Positions 11,278 through 18,952 of a stretch of 64,000 nt of DNA are shown here, piece after piece. Source of the DNA: an uncultured Armatimonadia bacterium (GTDB lineage: Bacteria; Armatimonadota; Zipacnadia; CAVVLO01); contig CAVVLO010000001.1 of assembly GCA_963749155.1 (NCBI GenBank), positions 1-64,000 of the forward strand, written 5' to 3'. The notes beneath the pieces are model-generated. The model ran no database searches and was not told the origin of the DNA. It saw only the letters and a program-made list of their open reading frames with translations. Every line of letters begins with the position of its first letter. Position 1 is the first letter of the stretch. The position numbers were made by a program, and so were the translations under genes.

Positions 11278-11306
11278 TTGCCGAATCCAAAGGGGCATGC
11301 TATAGT
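11278..11306 (+). promoter_or_regulatory. Putative sigma70-type promoter for the DUF485-actP operon
   Basis: TTGCCG (11278-11283), 17-bp spacer, TATAGT (11301-11306) with TG at 11298-11299 (extended -10), in an AT-rich divergent intergenic region. Confidence 0.5.
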
Positions 11307-11502
11307 GTGCAGCTAATATCGTTTTTTGGGCCAGGAACATGAGCTCCTGGCTCGGTTAATTTTACTGGATGAAACCTCCGTAAGGTGGAAGTGCCGCAAG
11401 ACAGGGCATTTCTGGCAAACAAGAAGTCTAATTTCCCGTTTCGAGTCAGGCCAAGGGCTTGGCGTACCAACTGAAAAGATCTGATTAGAAGGAGAGTGGA
11501 CC

Positions 11503-11796
11503 GTGCTTCACGAACCTGCAGCCCCAGTTGGCAAAGATGATGCGGCGCCTTACAAGGCAAAAGTGGGCGTCTGGATGTTCCTCCTGTATTCGCTACTTTA
11601 CGTCGGATTTGTGGCTATCAACCTCTTCAACCCGCTCCTGATGGAAAAAATCATTATGTTCGGACTCAACCTCGCTACCGTGTATGGCTTCCTCCTCATT
11701 GTCGGGGCGCTTATTCTGGCTCTGATTTATGACAAGCTTTGCCACAGGAAGGAATTGGCAATGCAAGAGCCATCTGCGAAAGAAGAGGGCAAATAA
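11503..11796 (+). CDS. DUF485 (YjcH-like) small two-TM protein accompanying ActP
   Basis: GTG after AAGGAGAG; two hydrophobic helices (LYSLLYVGFVAINL, GLNLATVYGFLLIVGALILALIY); directly upstream of a cation/acetate symporter. Confidence 0.8.
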   Translation: MLHEPAAPVGKDDAAPYKAKVGVWMFLLYSLLYVGFVAINLFNPLLMEKIIMFGLNLATVYGFLLIVGALILALIYDKLCHRKELAMQEPSAKEEGK

Positions 11797-11797
11797 T

Positions 11798-13711
11798 ATG
11801 GTAATCATCATCTTTTGCGCTTTCGTAGTCTTCGTCCTTGCCCTGTCCTTCTATCTGGGACGGAAGACCAAGACCTCGTCTGGTTACTATGCCGCTGGCG
11901 GGCAGATCCACTGGGCCGTCAACGGAATCGCTTTTGCCGGCGACTACCTGTCCGCCGCCTCCTTCCTGGGCATCTGCGGAATGATCGCAATGGTCGGTTA
12001 TGATGGATTCCTTTACTCCATCGGTTACCTCGCCGGCTGGATGGTGGCGCTTTTCGTGGTTGCCGAGCCTATGAAGCGGCTGGGCAAATACACCTTCACC
12101 GATGCGCTGGATTCGACCTTCCATTCACGCGGCATCAAACTGGCCGCCGCGATCAGCACCCTGGTCGTGTCCATCTGCTATCTGATTCCTCAGATGGTTG
12201 GCGCAGGCGTATTGGTCGAGCCACTGCTGGGCCTGGCCCAACACTGGGGCGTAATCCTCGTTGGCGCAATCGTTATCACCATTGTTGCCACCGCCGGTAT
12301 GGCTTCTACCACCTATGTCCAGTTTCTCAAGGGTGGCCTGCTGATTATTTTTTCGCTGATACTTGTAGTCGCGGTTTGTGTGCGCGGCTTCGACACAAAG
12401 CCTGACCAGGGGGGCAAAGTGCCCTTCTACGAATACAAGACCCTGGCGGCCCAGGAAGCTGGTGGTCAGCTTACTGTGACCGAGGCAGGCTGGCAGGTTG
12501 TCGAAGTGCAGGAAGTCTCAGCTGCTCACGCAACGATTGCCAGGCTCTCAAAAGACGGCCAGGAAACCTGGTGGCTCGTTAATCACGAAGGCGACCAGGT
12601 GTCGCTGAAAGAATCGCAGTCGGTTACCGTGACCAAGGACGGGCAGAAGTTCATCAACGGCGCTCTGGCCTCGCAAACCAATGAGCTGCGGCAGGTTGGT
12701 AACATAGAATTGTTGCGCGGCGAGGAAGTCCTGGAGAGGAAGAGTGTCTCTCCCTTCGCAATGCTGGCCGCGTTGACTGACAAAGACACGGTTGTGCGGC
12801 GCTGGAAGGAAGCCAAGCTGACCGACAAGGATGGCGGTAAGGTAACGGTCTATTTCCCGGCGCCGACCGCAGGCAATCAGTTGATGCGTCCTGGTCTCAA
12901 GTTCAAAGTACAGGGGACGCCGCTTGAGAAACTGGACTTCGTTTCGCTGATGCTTGCTCTCTTCCTGGGGACGGCAGCATTACCGCATATCCTCATCCGG
13001 TATTACACCGTGCCCAACCCGGCAAGCGCTCGCAAATCAACTATCGTGGCTATCGCTGCCATAGGTTTCTTCTACATCCTGACCCTGTTTATGGGTCTGG
13101 GAGCCGCCATCAACGGGGTAATGAATCCCGCGGACAGCAATATGGCGGCGCCGCTCCTGGCTCGTTCCTTCGGAGGCCTGCTTTTCGCCTTCATCTCGGC
13201 GATTGCCTTCGCGACGGTGCTGGGTACAGTAAGCGGCCTGATTGTGGCGGCTTCGGGCGCGGTGGCTCACGACTTCATCGACCGATTCCTGGATCGCAAG
13301 CTGGATGACCGGCAGAAGATCCGCGCTGGGAAGATCTCGGCCTTCGCGGTGGGCTTCCTGGCTATCATACTGGGCATCCTGTTCAAGGGGATGAACGTGA
13401 CCTTCCTGGTAGGCCTGGCCTTTGCCGTAGCGGCCTCGGCCAACCTGCCGTCCATAATCATGCTCCTGTTCTGGAAGAGGACGACCTCGCGAGGGATTAC
13501 CGCCTCCATCATAATGGGGATCGTCTCTTCCCTGGTGCTGATTGCCTTGTCACCGGACCTCTACAAGCTGTATGGGCTGGATCCGACTACAGCGCCAGTA
13601 CCGTTCACAAATCCTGGGATCATCTCAATACCGCTGAGTTTCATCACGCTCGTGGTAGTATCTCTAGTGACACCGCGCGATAGTAATGTGGTAGCTGAGA
13701 AAGCTTCCTGA
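11798..13711 (+). CDS. actP: Cation/acetate (monocarboxylate) symporter, sodium:solute symporter family, with a large hydrophilic insertion
   Basis: NGIAFAGDYLSAASFLG, AEPMKRLGKYTFTD, YLIPQMVGAG, GTAALPHILIRYYTV, AIAFATVLGTVSGL and AFAVAASANLP are ActP-family motifs. Confidence 0.85.
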   Translation: MVIIIFCAFVVFVLALSFYLGRKTKTSSGYYAAGGQIHWAVNGIAFAGDYLSAASFLGICGMIAMVGYDGFLYSIGYLAGWMVALFVVAEPMKRLGKYTFTDALDSTFHSRGIKLAAAISTLVVSICYLIPQMVGAGVLVEPLLGLAQHWGVILVGAIVITIVATAGMASTTYVQFLKGGLLIIFSLILVVAVCVRGFDTKPDQGGKVPFYEYKTLAAQEAGGQLTVTEAGWQVVEVQEVSAAHATIARLSKDGQETWWLVNHEGDQVSLKESQSVTVTKDGQKFINGALASQTNELRQVGNIELLRGEEVLERKSVSPFAMLAALTDKDTVVRRWKEAKLTDKDGGKVTVYFPAPTAGNQLMRPGLKFKVQGTPLEKLDFVSLMLALFLGTAALPHILIRYYTVPNPASARKSTIVAIAAIGFFYILTLFMGLGAAINGVMNPADSNMAAPLLARSFGGLLFAFISAIAFATVLGTVSGLIVAASGAVAHDFIDRFLDRKLDDRQKIRAGKISAFAVGFLAIILGILFKGMNVTFLVGLAFAVAASANLPSIIMLLFWKRTTSRGITASIIMGIVSSLVLIALSPDLYKLYGLDPTTAPVPFTNPGIISIPLSFITLVVVSLVTPRDSNVVAEKAS

Positions 13712-13730
13712 CCTGAACCAACTGTCAGAG

Positions 13731-13763
13731 GCGCGCCGGTGGGAATATCGCCTGCCGGCGCGT
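13731..13763 (+). other. Intergenic GC-rich stem-loop between actP and the nucleotidyltransferase gene
   Basis: GCGCGCCGGTGGG-AATATCG-CCTGCCGGCGCGT: 8 perfect pairs plus G-U pairs; no U-tract. Confidence 0.4.
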
Positions 13764-13791
13764 CCAGACCCGCGTGGGCGGAGAAGGAGAG

Positions 13792-16700
13792 ATGAAAGCC
13801 ACTACGCGAGTCGATCTCCACTGCCACTCTGTCTTCAGCGATGGCGCTCTTACACCCCGCGAAATCGCTGAGTTTCTCGCTGCCGAGGGAGTCGCGGTTG
13901 CGGCGCTGGTAGACCACGACTGTGTTGATGGCCTTCAGGAGTTTCGTCAGACACTGGCTCGTCGTGATGTGGGCTTCATAACTGGAGTCGAGATAACAAC
14001 CCAGTGTTGTGGGCAAGAAGCCCATCTGCTCGCTTATGGCTTCGATCCAACAAATCCCGAGCTGCTTTCAGTACTGCGTTCTCTGCGTCATTCCCGCGCG
14101 CCCGAAGTCCAGAGCATCGCAGGCTCTATCCGGCACAGAGGTTCGCCTGTCCTTGAAGAGGCTGGCGCCACCGAAGTCGGGCCCGAAGGTCGCCTTGATA
14201 TCCTCGAGGCAATCGCCCTGGTCCACCGGGCGGGAGGACGCGCCTTTCTTGCTCATCCCCTGCTGCTCAAAGCCGATCCTGACGAGCTGGAGCAACTTCT
14301 TGCTCAACTGAAAACTCAGGGGCTGGATGGCCTGGAGGCTATTTACGAGCCCTTCACTGAAGAGCAGCGAATTCTGCTGGTTGATATGGCCAGGCGCCTG
14401 GGCCTCCTGGTAAGCGCTGGAACAGACGCTCACGACCGTAAACCTCAAAAGCAACTGCCTTCGGAATGGATATGCCCACCGACCTCTGGAAGGCTTTCCG
14501 CGATGCCGTCAGTTCCGGTAGCGCTCCCTCTCAGAGGCGAGCCCTCTAGAGTCATTCCCAAACGTCCTCGGGCCCGCCTCAACTGGAGAGATTTCACTTT
14601 CCATTTCGTTTTTCCCACCTTGCTGGCCATCGGGCTGTTTATCACCGCGATATATGCGGTCTTCCTGCCGACCTTCGAGAAGTCGCTTCTCGATCGCAAA
14701 CGAGAGATGATCAGGGAACTCACAAACTCCGCCTGGAGCATCCTCAATGGCTATGAGAAAGATGCGCTCGCCGGGAGGATGACCCGCGCTCAGGCCCAGT
14801 CTCTGGCTATCTCGCGGATTGAGCTGCTGCGTTATGGCCGAGATGGGAAAGACTACTTCTGGCTGCAGGACTTCAAGCCCAGGATGATTATGCATCCTTA
14901 TCGCAAGGATCTGAACGGCACGGATGTCTCGAACTTTCGAGATCCCCGGGGCGTGCAGATATTCGTCGAGTTCGCCGAGTTGGTCCGGCGAGGGCGCGAG
15001 GGCTATGTCGAGTATGTCTGGCAATGGAAAGACGATCCAAGTCGCCTCGTGCCCAAAGAGTCGTATATAAAAGAATTTGAGCCCTGGGGCTGGATAATCG
15101 GCACAGGTATCTATGTCGAAGACGTCAACCAGGAGATAGCCCTGATTGAAGGGAGCCTGGTTCGGACAGCCCTGGGTATCTCGATTATCGTGGTGCTGCT
15201 GCTGTTTTACGTAATGCGCCAAAGCCTGGGCCTCGAGCGCGAAAGGGCAGATGCCGAAGAGAGCCTCTACGAGTCTACAGAACGCTATCGGTCACTGGTG
15301 GAGGCCACCACCGAAGGCACCTTGCTGGTGATGGAAGGCCGCTGCCGGTATGCCAATCCCATCTTCCTCGAGCTTATCGGCCGCACGCAGGAAGAACTCG
15401 AGCTGCTTGACCTGTCAGACCTGTTCCCAGAGCTTGAAGGCAATGAGGTCGCCTGGGGCTACCTCAAGGCTCTGCTTGCCGGAGAAGAGGTGACTGAGGG
15501 CTTCGATGCGGTTATCCGCAGGCGTGACGGGGCGCTTATCGAGTGCGTTATGGCTGCCAGCCGAATGGCCTTCGCTGAACGAAACGGCTTTATCCTGCTG
15601 GCCAGGAGAGTCTCTCACTCTCTTGGCGGTGGAAGAAGGGAGTCCGGCTGGCGCTATCTGCAGCAGGTGGTCGATAGCGCTCTGGTTGGGCTTTTCCGGG
15701 CGCGCGCCACTTCGAGGGGCACCCTGCTCGAGTTCAACGAGGCCGCAGCTCAGCTTCTCGGAGTGCCTGGCGCCTCTGAGGACAACCCGATTATGCTGGC
15801 TGACGTTTTTGCGGATTCCAAAGCCTATGAGGAGTTCCTCCTCGAGCTGCAGCGCAAGGGAAAAGCCAGCCACAGATTGCACCTTACCACCCAGGCGCCC
15901 AGCAGCCGGACCGTTGCCCTGGCGGCGATCCTGGAAAGAGACGAACAAGGGAATCCGCGCTTCATCGATGGGGTTGTCGAGGACATCACGCTTCAAGCCA
16001 GCCAGCAGAGCGAACTCGAAAAGGTTATTGAGAAGCTGCAGACATCGCTGCTCTTCCTTCACGAGCCTGTCAGCCATATTGGGCGAAGCGCGGTCTTCTG
16101 TAAACTGGAAGCTTCGATACTGACTGTCGCCCGTCAGATGAGCGATCAGCAATCCAGCGCGGCACTGGTCGAGGCAGAGGGCGGCAACGTTGTCGGTATT
16201 GTGACCGATGGAGATATCCGAAAGCGCGTTGTGGCCGCCGACCTGGATCACCACGAACCGGTCAGCCGAATTATGAGCGCTCCCCTGGTGGTTATCTCGG
16301 AGCAGGCCCAAATCTACGAGGCGCTGCTACTGATGGAGCAGCGCGGGGTACAGCATTTGGCTGTGGCTGATGAGACTGGGCGTATTGTGGGAGTAATACG
16401 CAACCAGGAGCTGCTGCAGTTCCGCAGTTATGGGCCAATTGTGCTTTCGCGCGAGGTTCAGCAGGCCGATACTCCCGAGGAGGTAGCCAGGCACTGCCTG
16501 CGCGTGCCTGGCCTGGCGAAGTCTCTCCTCGACAGTGGCGCTCATCCACATCAGGTTACCAGGATGATCTCTTCGGTGTGCAATGCCGCGACCATGCGAC
16601 TGATTGCCCTGGCCGAGGAGAAACTGGGCCCGGCTCCGGTGCCTTATGCCTTCCTGGCCTTGGGCAGTCATGGACGGCAAGAGATGACCCTGACCAGCGA

Positions 16701-17481
16701 CCAGGATAATGCCATCATCTACTCTGCGCCGGCCGAGCCTGAAGCGCAACTTGCGGCCGAAAGCTATCTGCACGAGCTGGGCGTCTTTGTGTGTGAGGGA
16801 CTGGACAAGGCAGGCTACAAGTTTTGCTCTGGCAACGTGATGGCCCAGAATCCTCGCTGGTGCCAGCCTGTCGCTAGCTGGAAGCAGTATTTCTCCAACT
16901 GGATAAATTTGCCCGAGCCCAGGCAACTGCTGGAGTTCACCATCTTCTTCGACTTCCGGCCTGTGTATGGCTCGGTGGAGCTTGCGCAGGAACTGCGCCG
17001 TCATGTGTTTGGAGAACTGCGAGCGCAGCCTGCTTTCTACCCCCATTTCGCTCAGAACTCTCTGCTATTCAAGCCTCCAACCCGGTTGCTTGGCCGGATT
17101 ATTTCTGGCGGGGCGGGCGGAGACCATCCTGGATCGCTCGATTTGAAGGATGCCTTGATGCCGCTGGTGAGCTTTGCCAGGCTTTATGCCCTCCGGTTGG
17201 AGATGGACGACACCCATACTACCAACCGGGTAGAGGCGCTTGTAGAGCACGATGTCCTGCAGGAATCGAGCGGACAGGAAATCCTCACCGCTTATGACTT
17301 CCTTATGAGACTACGGTTGCAACATCAGGCTTCGAAGCTGGCCTCGGGTCAGGTTGCCGATAACACCATCAATTATCGAGGGCTTGGCCAGACCGAACGG
17401 ACTCTGCTCAATCAGTCCTTTGCCCAGATTACCGCTGTTCAAAAGCGTATCAGCTACGACTTCCTGGGTGGGACAGTCTAG
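13792..17481 (+). CDS. Multidomain membrane signalling protein: PHP phosphoesterase, TM, single Cache (sCache_2-like), TM, PAS-like x2, CBS pair, DUF294 GlnD/GlnE-like nucleotidyltransferase + substrate-binding domain
   Basis: ATG 13792 after AAGGAG. PHP: DLHCHSVFSDG, DHD, GVEIT, LAHP, GTDAH. Cache: YFWLQD..MIMHPY..GYVEYVWQW..PWGWIIGTGIY. CBS: GIVTDGDIRKRVVA, IMSAP, HLAV. NTase: ALGSHGRQEMTLTSDQDNAII. C-terminal DLK..P..ARLYAL. Confidence 0.85.
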   Translation: MKATTRVDLHCHSVFSDGALTPREIAEFLAAEGVAVAALVDHDCVDGLQEFRQTLARRDVGFITGVEITTQCCGQEAHLLAYGFDPTNPELLSVLRSLRHSRAPEVQSIAGSIRHRGSPVLEEAGATEVGPEGRLDILEAIALVHRAGGRAFLAHPLLLKADPDELEQLLAQLKTQGLDGLEAIYEPFTEEQRILLVDMARRLGLLVSAGTDAHDRKPQKQLPSEWICPPTSGRLSAMPSVPVALPLRGEPSRVIPKRPRARLNWRDFTFHFVFPTLLAIGLFITAIYAVFLPTFEKSLLDRKREMIRELTNSAWSILNGYEKDALAGRMTRAQAQSLAISRIELLRYGRDGKDYFWLQDFKPRMIMHPYRKDLNGTDVSNFRDPRGVQIFVEFAELVRRGREGYVEYVWQWKDDPSRLVPKESYIKEFEPWGWIIGTGIYVEDVNQEIALIEGSLVRTALGISIIVVLLLFYVMRQSLGLERERADAEESLYESTERYRSLVEATTEGTLLVMEGRCRYANPIFLELIGRTQEELELLDLSDLFPELEGNEVAWGYLKALLAGEEVTEGFDAVIRRRDGALIECVMAASRMAFAERNGFILLARRVSHSLGGGRRESGWRYLQQVVDSALVGLFRARATSRGTLLEFNEAAAQLLGVPGASEDNPIMLADVFADSKAYEEFLLELQRKGKASHRLHLTTQAPSSRTVALAAILERDEQGNPRFIDGVVEDITLQASQQSELEKVIEKLQTSLLFLHEPVSHIGRSAVFCKLEASILTVARQMSDQQSSAALVEAEGGNVVGIVTDGDIRKRVVAADLDHHEPVSRIMSAPLVVISEQAQIYEALLLMEQRGVQHLAVADETGRIVGVIRNQELLQFRSYGPIVLSREVQQADTPEEVARHCLRVPGLAKSLLDSGAHPHQVTRMISSVCNAATMRLIALAEEKLGPAPVPYAFLALGSHGRQEMTLTSDQDNAIIYSAPAEPEAQLAAESYLHELGVFVCEGLDKAGYKFCSGNVMAQNPRWCQPVASWKQYFSNWINLPEPRQLLEFTIFFDFRPVYGSVELAQELRRHVFGELRAQPAFYPHFAQNSLLFKPPTRLLGRIISGGAGGDHPGSLDLKDALMPLVSFARLYALRLEMDDTHTTNRVEALVEHDVLQESSGQEILTAYDFLMRLRLQHQASKLASGQVADNTINYRGLGQTERTLLNQSFAQITAVQKRISYDFLGGTV

Positions 17482-17586
17482 CGCAGGCACTTTGCCCCCA
17501 GGATAATTCGCCCGCAGGACGCTTCTTCAGCCTGGCGAACCTTCTCCCGGTATAAAGGCACTTGCTTCAATTAGGGAGGAGACCTT

Positions 17587-18897
17587 ATGGACCGCCTGAT
17601 GCTTTGGACTTTATTCCTGCTTGCTTTCTCCGCTTTGTTATACGCCAATCCGATGGCGCCTTCCAAATCAGTGAACGCAGTCGACTTCGGCGTGGTGGCC
17701 GATGGCGTGACGCCTGCCTCCGACGCCTTGCAGCAGGCGATTGCCGGGACAGGGGGCGGGGGCGGAGTTGTCCACCTGCCTGCCGGCGTGATGGTGCTGG
17801 ACAAGACCGTCACCATACCTGAGAACGTCCTGCTACTGGGCGAAGGAGCCTGTTGGGAGAACACCACCAGCACCTTCCACGTGAAGCATAGGGACGGGCC
17901 GGCCTTCAAGCTGTTCAGCTACTGTGGTATCAAAGGTGTCGGCATCTATTACCCCGACAACCTCACCGACGAGAAGATGATAACTCCCGACCAGTATCCC
18001 CCAGCGGTAGAACTCTGGGGCTGCAATGTGACGCTGGAATATATCAACTTCGATGGGCCGTGGATTGCAGTCTCGACAGCCCCGGGCGGCGCTAACGCTG
18101 GCCAGTGCCTGTTCAGCAACATCAATGGGTTCGCCCATCACAGGGGCTTCCATATGTCGGGCGGGATGGATATCAACCGGTTTGAGAACATCCACTGGTT
18201 CCCCTCCAGACTGAATCCGGCAGGCTCCTATGCCAGAGACAACCTGGTGGCCTTCGAATTCGGCCGGCAAGATGGCGTGATGATGACCAACTGCTTCATC
18301 ATTGGGGGCAAGACGTTCCTCCACCAGCTTCAGCACGGCGACGATGGCAAATATGCGCCTTCACTTGGCTACAATATCTACGGCTCGTGGATTGAGGCGG
18401 TAGATTATGGTTTCATCTTCGAAGGCGTCTGTGGATTCAACATCATCGGCGGTAACATCCTCATCAGGAAGGGCGGCACCGGCATCAAGGTATATCCCGA
18501 ATGTCTGGCCTGGAACGCGTTGATAAGCGGCGTGCAGATAAGAGGCTTTGGCGGCGACCAGCCTTTTGTGGGTATTGATTATGATATGCAACAGCAATAT
18601 TGGACCCCTAGTGGGCTCAACAGGCTAACCATCACCGACTGCCAGATCCAGAATGGTATGCCTGCCATCCGGCTTGGCAGCAAGTCGGTCAGGACCTTCA
18701 TCCGGGGCAATCTGCTGATGGGCGCAGAGGGTTATCCGGCTATCCAGGTGGACGAGGGCGCCGACCTGTTCACCATAACGGATAACATCTTGCAGCAGCG
18801 ACCAAGCGGCGAGACCGAACAACCTCCGGTCATCGTGGACAATAGCGGTGAGGTACAGAAGGTCCTTCGCGACAACCTGGTGGAGGAGCCGGACTAG
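17587..18897 (+). CDS. Secreted right-handed beta-helix protein (pectate-lyase-3/GH28-related superfamily)
   Basis: GGAGGA RBS; signal peptide; VNAVDFGVVADGVT..ALQQAI..GGVVHLPAG..IPENVLLLGEG N-terminal motif; repetitive short beta-strands. Confidence 0.75.
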   Translation: MDRLMLWTLFLLAFSALLYANPMAPSKSVNAVDFGVVADGVTPASDALQQAIAGTGGGGGVVHLPAGVMVLDKTVTIPENVLLLGEGACWENTTSTFHVKHRDGPAFKLFSYCGIKGVGIYYPDNLTDEKMITPDQYPPAVELWGCNVTLEYINFDGPWIAVSTAPGGANAGQCLFSNINGFAHHRGFHMSGGMDINRFENIHWFPSRLNPAGSYARDNLVAFEFGRQDGVMMTNCFIIGGKTFLHQLQHGDDGKYAPSLGYNIYGSWIEAVDYGFIFEGVCGFNIIGGNILIRKGGTGIKVYPECLAWNALISGVQIRGFGGDQPFVGIDYDMQQQYWTPSGLNRLTITDCQIQNGMPAIRLGSKSVRTFIRGNLLMGAEGYPAIQVDEGADLFTITDNILQQRPSGETEQPPVIVDNSGEVQKVLRDNLVEEPD

Positions 18898-18952
18898 ACG
18901 CGCTTGCCAGGCAGCCCTGCGCGCTGGTTGCCCGAACTGGAGGAACGAACTG

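Noticed and set aside
11365..11415. Loose resemblance to a c-di-GMP-I riboswitch or hammerhead core (GATGAAACC..GTAA..GG..CGCAA)
   Set aside because: Key conserved nucleotides and spacing do not match either consensus; retained only as an unassigned structured leader.
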